A DNA stretch of 64,000 nt from the human T2T-CHM13v2.0 reference genome, Homo sapiens, in NCBI RefSeq assembly GCF_009914755.1, contig NC_060928.1; one strand, written 5' to 3'. The notes beneath the pieces are model-generated. The model was not told the origin of the DNA. It was given only the letters and a program-made list of their open reading frames with translations, and did not search any database. Position numbers and translations under genes: made by a program. Below are positions 41,674 to 56,734 of the stretch, piece after piece; positions within the stretch are counted from its first letter, which is position 1; every line of letters starts with the position of its first letter.

Positions 41674-42612
41674 CAGTGGCTTTCAATCAGGACAATTTTG
41701 TACACCACCTCTCCAGGAGAGATATATTTGGCAATTCCTGTGTTAGAGCAGGTAGTTAGGTAGACATGAACAGAGCAGGAGAGCACCCCCGCAACCAGGA
41801 ATGTCAGGTGACCATCAGGTGATGGTGAGGTGGTTGTTAAACTGTCTCTCTAAAGTAATAATTGGTCACAGCCAGTGCCAGGGAAAGGCAGTCACCCAAT
41901 AGGTAGAAGACACCTGATGTGGGTGATCAGCAGCTTCCCAATAAGATCTCAGGAGTTGGGTAATTGGGCTCAAGCATGAGCACTAAGAGGGAAAACGGTG
42001 GAGTTTAACTGGTATATGATCTTCCTTTAGGAAATCTCAACTGGTAAAAGAAAAACGCCTCAAATGAGCATGCATACAACTTTTGTAAACACACTGTGCA
42101 TGCAGCCCATCCCAAGTGCTGGCAGGCCACTGTACCTGTGGACAGCTCACCCCAAGGGAAGAATCAGGGGATAAGTAAAGCAGATCCCGGAAGCATGTCA
42201 ACATGAAAAATCCCAAGTCAAATGTCAAACTGTGCACTTGATCTCTCAAGTCACTTGTTTAGCCCTCTTCCAAGTATACTTTACTTCCTTTTGTTCCTGC
42301 TCTAAAACTTTTAAATCAACTTTCAGTTCAGCTCTAAAATAATTTCTCTGGTCTCTCATTCTGCCTTATGCCCCTTCAGTTGAATTCTTTTTTCTGAGGA
42401 GGCAAGAATTGAGGTTGCTGCAGACCCATACAGATTGGTTGCTGGTAACACTTGGAGACAATTTTGATTGTCACAATTGTGGAGTGAGAAGCCTACTGGT
42501 ATCTAGTGGGTAAAGGCCAGGGATACTGTTAAGTATTTTGTAATACACAGGACAGCCTCTGAAACAATTATCTGGCCCCACATGTCAATAGTGTTAAAGT
42601 TGAGAAACCGTG
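41674..42612 (+). mobile_element. MER20 split by an LTR insertion (parts 41674-41740 and 42451-42612)
   Basis: The two parts join into one MER20 (...tttggcaattcctg | gagacaattttgattgtcacaa...ttgagaaaccgtg). Confidence 0.75.
41741..42450 (+). mobile_element. Solo ERV1 LTR (MER50)
   Basis: TGTTAGAGCAGGTAGTTAGG start and ...GGTAACA end; 4-bp TSD cctg/cttg. Confidence 0.85.
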
Positions 42613-44718
42613 GGTTAGGTAAAAGTACTTGTTACTGAGAATGAGAATATTTAAATAAATTGGAAAGGTTAGATGGTCAATTGCTTCATAGGGATGTTAA
42701 TTATATGTGGCTAGATGTACACTGAGATACTCTTTCCTGAGGGTGAAAGGGCATTAGAAGATAAGGGAGAATAATGTATATTTTTACAATTTTTTATTAA
42801 AATTTTTTTCATGTAAACTTTAAAAAAGGCAACTGGTCCTCTGAAGTCCTTGAGTTTGTATATTGCTTCTAATTCTAGGTTATTCTCTTGTTGCAAACCA
42901 AACTTCATGTTGTGAAGACATCCTTTTCATAAAAATCACTTGGCTAAACTGTGGCCTTTGTGGTTGCTTTTTCTAAATGAGCCAGCATTCACACTAACTT
43001 GTTGAATGTAACTCCCTTTTCCTTTTCTTCCCACTCCTTTATCATAGACAACCATGATATAATGGTTGTCCCTTACCATGGACAACCAGAGGTATAATGG
43101 TTTCTTCTTATCCTCTCTTCTGTCTGGACAACTCCTAAAGGAAGTTGGCTTTTACTCAGCTTCCTTCGGAAAAATATAAAAACAAAGATGATCCTCTGTG
43201 GGTGAGGAGAACCTCGCCTCTGTGACTCTGCTTCCATGTTTCTCCTCTTACTCAGAACTCTAATCTAATTTGTATTCATGCATTAACTTTCATTCTAAAT
43301 TCTCATTTAATCATATAATTGCATGTTAGTCTTTCAGCTGCCACCTCTGCAGTTATTACCTTATTACCTCTGCTGAAGTCTTACATGTCATCTAATAGCT
43401 TTGTTATGTCAAAAGAGATCATATGAAAAATTTCAAGGACTTAAGGACTATAATGAAGATTGCTGGCTGATACTTTCAGAAACATAGGCAAATCTACTGG
43501 TTTTGTACAGCCTTCCAACTCTTGTAACTTCTACTCGTTTATTACTGCATTTTAATGCACTTTATGTTGCATGTCAAGGCTCTGTTTTTAATGCTGTTTG
43601 ATTTTCTTTACCCCTCCTTTTTAAATTTAAAGTATAAAGAAGCTAAATAGGCCAAGTCAAATTCAGAATACTGGTATGGATGGTTGTTTAGTATTCCAGC
43701 TCTATCCAGCTGGAAAGAGCTGATCTCTTTCTTACCACTGCTTTTATTCCTGTCTTGACTATCTCTCTTCTATGAACCTGACAAATCTCAATTGTGGATT
43801 TGGATCATATTGGTACTGAAGTTTTTCATTAGAATAATTGACTTTAAGATATCTTATTTTATTGAGGATTGTTTGCTCATACACTGTAAGAGAGAAAAAT
43901 AATCCAGTACAGGTTTCCATTTAAGTTTTGCCCAGGTTTCTCAGAAATAGCTATACTGTGACTGAGGGATAGTAAGAGCAGTCAGGGTCAGTGTCACCTG
44001 GTTCCAGAGGGTAAGTCCTCTAATCCAGCTGTCTCAGTCCGTCTCAGTCCCCAGATAACAGCAGTGCCTCTTCTGACAGCCTGCTCTAGGTTCCTGCAAC
44101 CCAGAGGATCATATTTCCTAGGCAGGTAGTGGAAGAATGGAGGCAGAATGCCTTGGCCAGCCAGGAAGAAGCTGCTTGTATGTAAGGCAGCTTACTCTTT
44201 GCACACCAAATATAGGTTCTAGGATCAGAATTCTACAGTGAGTTTCTAGGCCTGGAGTTCTCATAAGCAAAATAGAAAATACTAATAGATGAAATTTACT
44301 GAGTTCATAATATGAGCCATGTACTCTGATAAGTACTTTACTTGTGTTATTTTATCTTCAAAATAATTTGGAACTGGGGCATTGATAATTTAAATAACTG
44401 TAAAAATTCATCCAGTTAGTAAGTGACAGAGCTGGGACTCAAAATTCATATGTAGCTGGTTTTAGATTCTAATTTCTTAATTACCATTGCTTGTCCCTAT
44501 ATCCCCTCTGCCATATGGCATGTGATAATGTATTCCTCACTTTAATCAATTATATCAGTCAATTTAAGGCCAACTCTGGCCTTAAAGCAGAGTTTCTAAA
44601 AGCAGCTTTTCTATTATTACACATTTATGGATATCATAATGACTCTCAAGAAGAGGTCTCTTTTGGCATCCAAAGAATTAATTTTCCCTTGAAAACAACT
44701 TATTACTGATGAACTAAC

Positions 44719-44752
44719 TTGAGAAGATTTTCGGCTGCCGGCATTGCAATGT
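44719..44752 (-). pseudogene. TMPRSS11CP: Short linker exon relic of the protease pseudogene
   Basis: Polypyrimidine tract and ttttag acceptor, then (D)IAMPAAENLL, followed by GTTAGT. At 34 nt it is not in phase with the next exon. Confidence 0.65.
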
Positions 44753-45164
44753 CTAAAAGTCAAGGGAAAAGAAAATGAAAATATTTACATTTATGAACAC
44801 ATTTTATTTTCATATTAATGTTAATTGTTTTCTTTTTGGAAACATTATTCTGTAGGCATAATCATCTTATTCAATCTTGACTATATAATTTATATGTTCA
44901 TAAGTTAGTATAGAGAGTAATAACATCTTTGCATTCATTCTTCAGTTTCTAAAGAGACTCTCAAGTTCTTCATTATAAGTTATCTGAAAAAGAGGTCTGG
45001 ATCCTGGAAAGCACTAAAATATATGAAAAATTGTGATCTTCTATCACATTCTGAATGTACAACACCAGAAAACAATGTATTTGACACCTTTTATGGACCA
45101 CTTTAAATTCTTTTTGACTTATCTCTTATTTCTTTATTTTTATTGTATTGTATTTTATTTATTT

Positions 45165-45456
<292 letters not shown>

Positions 45457-45533
45457 TAAATTTGGATCCGCTGTGCTCAAAGGTAACTTGACAAGTACCC
45501 TGCTAAAGTCAGCATCTAAGACTTCTCACTTTC

Positions 45534-45845
45534 TTTTCTTTTCTTTTCTTTTTTTGAGATGGCGTCTCGCTCTGTCGCCCAGGCTGGAGTGCAGTGGCGC
45601 CATCTTGGCTCACCGCAAGCTCCACCTCCCGGGTTCACGCCATTATCCTGCCTCAGCCTCCTGAGTAACTGGGACTACAGGCACCCGCCACCACGCCCGG
45701 CTAATTTTTTTTTTTTTTTGTATTTTTAGTAGAAACGGGGTTTCACCATGTTATCCAGGATGGTCTTGATCTCCTGACCTCGTGATTCGCCCACCTCGGC
45801 CTCCCAAAGTGCTGGGATTACAGGCGTGAGCCACTGGGCCTGGCC
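45534..45845 (-). mobile_element. AluY
   Basis: gcaagctccacctcccgggttcacgccatt diagnostic; TSD ttctcactttct. Confidence 0.92.
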
Positions 45846-46330
45846 AGATTTCTCACTTTCTGCCAGAAGAAACCTGCTGGACACTCCCAGATGGACAATT
45901 TGGAAATGCAGGAGTTGATGCCAGGATAGCCAGTGACCAATGTAAAATGGGAGCTGATGGACAAAAGCTTCCCTCTTTAGTCATAGCGGGTACAGTTCTG
46001 AAATACAACTAATTAGGTCCCAGAGGGTGGAGCTAGAGTTGCCCCTAGTGATGGCCCGCTCACTTTCAAGTCAACTACTGCATGCAAGCTTTTGTTTCAA
46101 GATCTGTTTTTTGAGAAACCAAGCTAAGACACTCAAATAATTATGTATCTTAACAAATAACATTAATAACGAGGAGTACATACATTGTTGTATTTAATGT
46201 GTTTTATTGTGTCAAGTGTATTTTACAATATTTTAACTCTTTAAAAATTAATACTCTTTGTTAAGTTTCAGTTATTCAAAACATTTGGTTAAGCATGCCA
46301 TCCCATTTTCCATTCATTTTGGGTCAAAAG

Positions 46331-46509
46331 AAATTTAATTCAGTAATGAAGCAAACTTTAACATTGTCTGCTAATCCTTGGATAGACAAATTATTTCAGG
46401 GAATATTACAGAATGGAATTGTTTACTGGAGTAACTATTTCCTGAAATAATTTGTCTATCCATTGATAGTAGACAATGTTAAAGTTTCCTTCATTACTGA
46501 ATTAAATTT
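46331..46509. repeat. Long imperfect inverted repeat (arms about 79 bp, loop about 21 nt)
   Basis: 46331-46409 is the reverse complement of 46431-46509, with a few mismatches and 1-nt indels. Confidence 0.95.
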
Positions 46510-47283
46510 AAATTAGTAGATCCCTGATAGACAAATTATTAGATCCCATATCTCTGCAGAATTTCAAACCTGTTCTAATCCCATATGAGGGATGAGTAGA
46601 ATCTGCAGAATTGCAAACCTGTTCATTTCATGTGATAAATGTGCGAGGAGAGGGTGAACAAATGAGTGATGCTTCAAATTTCAAATCCAGAAGACCATAA
46701 ACCTGCTTACCATATCTACTTAAGAGTTCCTCTTCAAAAATAAATCGCCAGCTGTTGCATGAATTAAATACTATGTCACTGTAGGTTCATTTTTATTAGG
46801 TTCCTGGATTTCTATAAATCCAAGAAAGAAAAGAATATTCAGTTCTACATGCCAATTACAATAACACACTCTTATTAGGTTGCACAACAAATCAGGGAGA
46901 CAAAAGAACCATTTACCAGAAAGTCGACTTGTCTGAACAAAAAAGCCAAAGTAATTTAGCAGTGAGGGCTAAGTAGTCATCAGGGTTGTGAGTTGATATG
47001 AGTCACGCCTACTTAAATTGAAAGCTGGCATCTTTTCATCTAATCTTTCACAGGTGCCTTCCAAAGGCTGTTTCTTATTTGATATGATACTTCTAGGGCT
47101 CAGTTTTTAGTTTTGTGGCTTGGTAAATATATCAAACCATATTAAGAATAATTAAACTTTTATCTGGACTGGAAAAAAATGTTAATTCCTATAGCTTTGG
47201 AACTAATTATTTAGAAACCCTATAATGTTCATGGAAGTTTCTTCTTACTTTGAGATTTTCTTTATTGATGTATGTCTTGCTAA

Positions 47284-47608
<325 letters not shown>

Positions 47609-48092
47609 TAATTTACTTTTAATAGTTGTATTATCCCAGATCCCTTGGGTAGGTGGAAGACAGGTTATAATGAGTGGGGAAGTGACTTAAGCCATCACCC
47701 CTTTTGGCTAAGTCGCTGCTGTGGCTGTTTTTGTTTCCTTCCTTTTAAGCCCCTTGGCACACCCTCAGAGTCTGGATATTCCTGTAGATTTACCTCTGAG
47801 TTAAGGAGTCAACATTGTAACCTAAGATACTCTGTTTACAATGTCCTATATAAAGGAAGTGACAAAAAACAATGGCACATGCCTACCAAGAGGAAATTCC
47901 ATCAAAGGATAATAAGACGAAGCAGTTTTGAAAAACAGCTCAGCAAATGTGCATTGGTCTTCTCCTGTGGGGCAGGAATCAAAGAATAGATATTCTTCAT
48001 GGACCATTGGTGGACCCAGCCCTCAGTGAACTTGGAGTCTAATGGAAGAGATTTTAAAAAATGTGTATAAGTTAAAATCAATGTAAAAGTGC

Positions 48093-48676
48093 TGTAAACC
48101 AAAAATAAAATTCTAAGTCCCCCTAACCATCTGAATGGACCCCTCCTCTCAGGCAAGATCATTCGAAAATTAACCTGAAAAACTAGTTCAAGGCCATGAT
48201 TGGAAGTGGGGGTCAGATGTGTCTCATTGTACCCTCCTCCCTTTTGGAATTCCAGAAAAGCCAACCAGCATTAGGATCAACACAGACCTTAAGTCTAATA
48301 AGAAACAATCTTTTCTCTCTGAAGTCTGCTGTTTGGAGGCTTCATCTCCATGATAATGCCTTGGTTTCCCCTTATCGTAACCCAGATATTCCTTTCTATT
48401 GATAATAACTCTTTAAACCAATTGCCAATCAGAAAAATTTTAAATCTACTTGTGACCTGGAAGCCCTGCTTCAAGTTGTCCTGCCCTTCCTGATCAAACC
48501 AATGTAAGTCTTACATGTACTGATTGATGTGTTATGTCTTCCTAAAATGTATAAAAGCAAACTGTACTCTGACCACCTTTAACACATGTTATCAGGACCT
48601 CCTGAAGCTGTTTAACCTTGGCGAAATAAACTTTCTAAATTGATTGAGACCTGTTTCAGATACTTTTGGGCTCACA
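48093..48676 (+). mobile_element. Solo ERV1 LTR (MER4 family)
   Basis: TGTAAACCAAAAATAAAATTCTAAG start, internal TATAAAA and AATAAA, ...tcagatacttttgggctcaCA end. Confidence 0.85.
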
Positions 48677-49543
48677 ATAATACGGAAGAAGTATGCATAG
48701 ACAGTTGAAAACACCAAGAAAAGTCACTTAGCATAGAGGAGTGACAGGGGGAATTGGCATAGCTGATAACAAAAATTCTTTTGGAAGGGCAGAAGGGAGT
48801 CAAGATTTCTCTTAGGGGTAAAATAGGCAAAATTCACTGGCTGTTGAACATTAGATTAGAAAAAATCTTAGATACTTTCTAAGTGGGCCTTTTGGATCTT
48901 TAGTATAGCAGGTCCATGACCACTGTTAATATTTGCCAAGGTTAGGAAGTGAAAAATGCAACTTTGGATGCACTGGTAAGAAGGAGGGCTCATCAAAAAG
49001 TCTGATTTCCAGTGAATATTTCCCACCTTAAAAGAAGAAATCTGAAACAGATAAGGATAATCAAATCTAAACTGTGTAATTTTAAAGTATAAGGAAAGAT
49101 TTTCCAGTAGCTATAGATTAAATTACACTATAAATTCTATCTAGACCACAGGCTTTAACTCTACTTAGGTGAAGTAATGACTTCACCTTCATTACTTTAC
49201 ATGGGTCCAAATGCTAAATTAGTGGATGAGTTTTATTTTTTACATAGTTTTGCTTTGAGCCTACCAATACAAATTTAGAAGAATTGAGCTATATTCTCTT
49301 ATTGAATGCGCTTTATGTGATATTAAAAATGTTCATATGGTAGATTTCTGAAAATGTTGAAACTTACCTACATGGACTTACTGAACAAGGTAACAACTGT
49401 AAATTGTTTTATAACACAGAAAACATCTTCCACCATGGCAGTTTATTTATAATACTTTGTCCAAAAAAGCTCTAATAGGACTGGTCTACATTAAAAATAA
49501 ATGAGCAGAGCATAGACCTGGATTGTGGTTGAACAAAATTTGA

Positions 49544-49714
<171 letters not shown>

Positions 49715-51162
49715 TGATTAGTCCCCCTGGCTGCATATTTGGGCTCAAAAAAATGCTTTTCTTCATGTTACTAAGTAGACTGAAATTTATCTTTGTGGTT
49801 ACACATTATATATCATTTGTTATTTCTTAAAGTCATGTAGGTTAGTCTTTCACAGTACATACCTTCGATGTTTACCATTTTGACTGAAGATATAATGCTA
49901 AAGATTTTATTAAATAAAATTAAACCTTTATAAATTAATTAAAGTTAACTTATAATGAGTTGTATACACAGACAGTAGTTCTTAAGGTAGACCTGTACTT
50001 CAATTTTTTTAAACCTTTATACAGATTTCAAGAAATATGAAAAATCAGGACTATCTATTTTTATTTGGATATTATATATGCTTCTCCTATAACACAAGAC
50101 TTTTTTTATTTTAAGCTTTGGAAGCAGTACAAAAGACTGTTGTGATGAAGAGAGAAGAAGACATGTAGCAAATCGTATATTTAGGCAATCATGTTGATAT
50201 AGTGAGGAATGGATAATGTATGTTATAACATGTCTTATGTTTTTGATGTGCCATCCATGTGTTTCTAATGGGCCCTTTTGAACACACACTAACAGGGGTT
50301 TAATATTTAGGATTAGCACTTTCAGTTTGGAAAGTTTCCAGCTTGGTTCTTCCAGGCCCTTAGATACCTTCTAAGGGTCTGCAATTTGATGGCACAGCTC
50401 TGATGTTTCATTCAGCAGAGAAGACTGTGGGTTCCTTCAAGTTCATGCCCATTGCTTTTTTTAAGACCTATCTTAAGAGGCCTCTTTTCCAGTAAGCTTT
50501 CCTTCTTATCTCCCTCTTTTCAGATTATCACTTAGCTTCATATTTCCTTGCCAGTTTGCACATAGTAGTTTCTGATACAAATTACCCATCACCTAATAAT
50601 ATTAACTCATTCATTCTTAATGAATTCACTTTTTTCTCCTGGAATTTATTTCAAGTTTCTTGTTTTTACAATAAATGTATCTTTCCTATAGTTAAAAAAG
50701 CATTTCTTCTAGAAACTATATATGATGGGAAAATATAGAAAAATAAATATTTAGGTGGTAGTTAATAGACCCAATAACAACCACAACAGAATTTATAGAC
50801 TTATTTTCTGCAACACTTATATGGCACTTGTATATGGCAATTACATGGTTTTTGAATTTGCACAATTTAGCTTTCATTAAACACAAACTGTAACTATTAT
50901 TTTCTTCCTCAGAACATGTAGCATTCTTTCATTTCTTCAGAAATTCTACACAAGAGACAAGTATGTTGAAGGTACAAAAACGAAAAAAAAATTGAAACTT
51001 TTTTTGAAATCCTTAAGCTTAAATTTTAAATAGAAATGAGACTGGCACACTTGGTAACTATCTCTCTGTCTTTTTTTAAAAAAGAGCTATTAATATTTTG
51101 AATGCCTCTTCCTGTTCCTTATTAATTTTTTTGCCACATTATGAGCTTCAATAAAATCTCAT

Positions 51163-51408
51163 AGGCTGGGCGCAGTGGCCCAGGCCGGTAATCTCAGCAC
51201 TGTGGGAGGCCAAGGCAGTTGGATCAGTTAAGGTCAAGAGTTTGAGACAAGCCTGGCCAACATGGTGAAACCTTGTCTCCACTAAAAATACAAAATTTAG
51301 CTGGGCCTGGTGGCGGGTGCCTGTAATCCCAGCTACTCTGTAGGCGAGGCAGGAGAATCACTTGAACCCAGGAGGCGGAGGTTGCAGTGACCCAGGATTG
51401 TGCCACTG
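51163..51408 (+). mobile_element. 3'-truncated Alu (AluS type)
   Basis: Stops at tgtgccactg with no tail. Confidence 0.9.
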
Positions 51409-51423
51409 TTTTAAGAGTTCTTA

Positions 51424-51734
<311 letters not shown>

Positions 51735-53241
51735 TTATATAATCTAGACACTAGTGCTTTGTTATATGATGTGCAAATATTTTTCCCAAGTCTGTGGCTT
51801 GTCTTTTCATCCTCTTAACAGGGTATTTCACAGAGCAGAAGTTTTTAATTTTGTTGGAGTATAAGTGTTGTGCAGTTTTCAGCATACAAATCCTGTACAT
51901 AATTTGTTAGAGGCTAGAAAGGGTGAAAATATAGGGTTCCAACTCAGCCTTTGCCAGCTTGGGTGCTGGTGAGGCAATAGTTTTTCTATGGTGTCTTGGC
52001 TGGAGTAGAGCTGTAATTGTCTAAAAGAATTTTATCTTGCTAGGCTGATACTTTCCTGGTCTTTTGGCCAGAAGGAGGGGACTTTTTCTGGGGCTTCTTT
52101 TTTCTTCCTGTACCCTTGGGAGTTTTGGGGGTGCTGGCTTCTTTAGCTCCAATTTTGGAATATATGAAGCAAAAAGAAAACTCATGGAACTCAACTACCA
52201 TGTTATTAAACTCTGAAGTCACTAGCCAGACTGGCTGCTTCTGTTTGTTTTGTAATTAATGGCTAGGGTTCTTAGTTGTATTTAGTGGGAGGAATAAGGA
52301 AAAACACATTTATCCCATTTTCCTGGAATGAGAAATCATGCTTCCTTACTGAATGTTTATAAAACTATTTTTATTTATCTTTTTTTGTTTTATCATCTGA
52401 AATTCTGACTCCTTTTTCTTTTTAATAAGTGAAAATATTCCATGACATTCTGCCTTTGACCCTCTGTCTTCTCATTTTCATGTATTCTTTGTAATCATAT
52501 CCTTTTTCAGGATTTCATTAACAGCCTTTGGGAATGAACACTGTTTTTAGGGTTTTAGATGTCAGCTTTCTCCAGATGACCAATTCTTTATTTCTCAGTG
52601 CTTGCTAAATAATCATCTTCTGTCGTACACACCTTCTCCATTGTCTCCTTTTCTTTAAGAGGTTATCATCCCTCTAGTTACTCAGACTTAGATGTTGTAT
52701 TTGATTCCTCTCACAGTTGTGACTCACATCCAAGTAGATAAGTTCTGTCAATTCTATAAATATAATCTCTGACATATGGCCACTCTTTCTAATATTATTT
52801 TCTCTACGACAGTGCAGGTTTTCAGTTCCTCACACTTGGACTATTGTAATTGCTTCCTAACTGATTCCTCTACCTGAAGACTGTCTCCCTTCTGGTTCAT
52901 TTTACACAGTACTATCAGACACATTTTAGGAAACAAAACTATGATTATGTGTCTCTCATAAAGACCCTTTATACTACGAAAGCACAAACTGTTTAACCCA
53001 AAACTTTTCACTCTTAATTTTGATTATAACTCACTCAAGCCAGGAATGAGTAATACTGTGGCTTCAGGACCTCAAGTTCCTGGGAAATGAAAGGAAGCTG
53101 AGACACATTTGAAAGGAGATAGGAAAATTGGTCAAGTTGTATGTGCAATTGGCCTCCTAGGAATATATGAGGCCAAAGGGGTTTCTGAAAGGCCATAACA
53201 AATTTGGGCTTGATGGTTACTGGCAGTCCATTTCAGCAGTT

Positions 53242-54333
<1,092 letters not shown>

Positions 54334-54965
54334 CAGGTGTATTCCAACCTCAGAACTGGTCATCAATCAACACAGTAGTGTTTGATTCCAGGTGCTCAAT
54401 CCCATGGGCTTAAAGACCCCAATCATTTAATGGAGGAGGCGGCAAGAACTAGCTTAGTTATTGGTAGCCCAGTCAAAAGGGCTAAGTTTCTATGAAGAGC
54501 TTCCATTTTAGCAGAGGACAAGAATGCAAAACTACAAATTAGCTAAAGTGGAAATAGCTGTACAAAACTATCTAAAGTGGAGAAACAGACTGGGAATTCA
54601 TTCAAGTAGTGTCAAAGAAAGGATGTGATGCAGAGAGCACACAGCTGAAGTTCAGGACTCATACTGGGTATATTTGATTAAAATTGGCAACATGAATTTA
54701 GAACTACACTAAATAAAGTCTATTTGGGTCTAGAGTACCAATAGCCCGCCTACTTTGATCTGAAGTTTCAAAGACATTTTCCATGTCTAGAACTGAATCA
54801 ATCCTGATGGACTCCCCAAGTAGTCCAGGCTATTAACTGCATTGGCCAACAAGATGGAATATTTTAGCACTAATGATTTAAAATTAGTGCCCAACTATAA
54901 AAAATAACTGTTAGAAAATTATAATGATTTTTCCTCTGACAGAGATTAGAACATAAGAACAATTA

Positions 54966-55277
54966 GGCTGGGCAGGTAGGTGGCTCATGCCTGTAATCCC
55001 AGCACGTTGGGAGGCCGAGGCAGGCGGATTACTTGAGGTCAAGAGTTCAAAGCCAGCATGGCCAACATGGTGAAACCCCATCTCTACTAAAAATACAAAA
55101 AATGAGCCAGGCATAGTGGCATACACCTGTAATCCCAGCTACTCAGGAGGCTGAGGCAGGAGAATCGGTTGAGCTTGGGAGGTAGAGGTTGCAGTGAGCC
55201 AAGATTGCACCACTGTACTCTAGCCTGGGTGACAGAGTGAGACTCTGTCTCTGTCTCTCTCTCAAAAAAAAAAAGAA
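54966..55277 (+). mobile_element. Alu (AluS type)
   Basis: Full Alu; TSD aagaacaat. Confidence 0.93.
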
Positions 55278-55627
55278 GAACAATCAGTCCATGGATATTT
55301 TTGTGGAAGTTTATCTCATGTGCCTTATTGGTAGTGGATTTCTTTAATTTGCTAATAATTAAACTCTCCTAAAGTATTCAGACAGTGTCTAACATATAGT
55401 TGTATTATTTAATAAAGATTTCTAACTTTAAGCATAAGACTGAATTTGAAAAATACTTTTAAAAAATCCTTTTAGTATATTCCTGGTTTTATAGAAACAC
55501 ATTTTGAAATACCAACAGGTACAGTTCTCCACATCGTTCAGGAGACTTGGCAACATTTTCTGTATGAATATTCTTTCTCTAAGAATAAAGCCAAGAATCA
55601 GGAAACAAGGGCATCTGTGTAGCCAAA

Positions 55628-55629
<2 letters not shown>

Positions 55630-55674
<45 letters not shown>
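55630..55674. repeat. (TA)n microsatellite
   Basis: About 22 perfect units. Confidence 0.95.
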
Positions 55675-55678
<4 letters not shown>

Positions 55679-55751
55679 CAATACACTGAAACTTACATAA
55701 TTAAATAAGAAGGCCCAACATATTCTCATTCAAAGGCTATTAATTTTTCTA

Positions 55752-56060
55752 ATTTATTTTTTAATTTTTTAATTTTTAGAGACAGTGTCTCACTCTGTTG
55801 CTCAGGCTGGAGTGCAATGTCGTGATTATACCTCACTGAGGTCCTAAACTCCTGGACTCTAGCAATCCTCCTCCCTTAGCCTCCTGAGTAGACTACAGGT
55901 GCATGCCACTGTACCTGACTAATTTTTATTTTTATTTTTTTATAGAGATTGGGTCTCACTTCGTTGCCTAGGCTGGTCTTAAACTCCTGGCTTCAAGTGA
56001 CCCTCCAACTTCAGCCTTTCAAAATATTGGGATTGCAGGCATGAGCCACTGCACCCAGCC
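55752..56060 (-). mobile_element. Alu (AluJ type)
   Basis: Diverged reverse Alu; TSD tttttctaatttat. Confidence 0.9.
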
Positions 56061-56353
56061 AGTTTTTCTAATTTATACATATAAATTACTGCAAAATATT
56101 TCAAATGAACTAGAAGAAGATAGAAGAAAGACCATAGAAAGGATCATTGAACTGACTGATACTGAGGAATGACAAATAAATAAAATATAAGGAATAAATA
56201 TGAGAACTCAAATATTGGGGTCATTTGGTGATGGTGGCAATAACCGTACGTTTTCCAAAATGCCTGAAGGTCACCACAATATCCACTATATACCCTTAGT
56301 AATGTCAGAAAAGTCAGTGGTAAATTTGAGAAAGATTTTTGTAAAAATATAAT

Positions 56354-56734
56354 TGTATTAGTTTGCTCTCACACTGCTATAAAGAACTACATGAGACTGG
56401 GTAATGTATGAAGAAAAGAGGTTTTGTTGATTCACAGTTCTGCAGGCTTAATAGGGAGCATGACTGGGAGGCCTCAGGGAACTTACGATCATGGCAGAAG
56501 GTGAAGAGGAAGCAAGCACCTTCTTCCCAAGGCGACAGGAGACAAAGAGAACAAAGAGGGATGTCCACACACTTTTAAACCATCAGATCTTGTAAGAACT
56601 CACTCACTATCGTGAGAACAGCAAGGGGAAACCACCCCCATGATCCAATGGCCTCCTACCAGGTCCCTCCCCAAACACTGGAGATTACAATTCAACATGA
56701 TATTTGAGTGGAGACACAGAGCCAAACCATACCA
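56354..56734 (-). mobile_element. Solo MaLR LTR (THE1D/MSTA-like)
   Basis: tgtattag...ccaaaccatacca; perfect 5-bp TSD ataat. Confidence 0.9.

Noticed and set aside
50350-50420. Minus-strand LNET... peptide considered as a SEA-domain exon relic
   Set aside because: Only 3-4 residues resemble the expected exon, with no proper acceptor or continued similarity.
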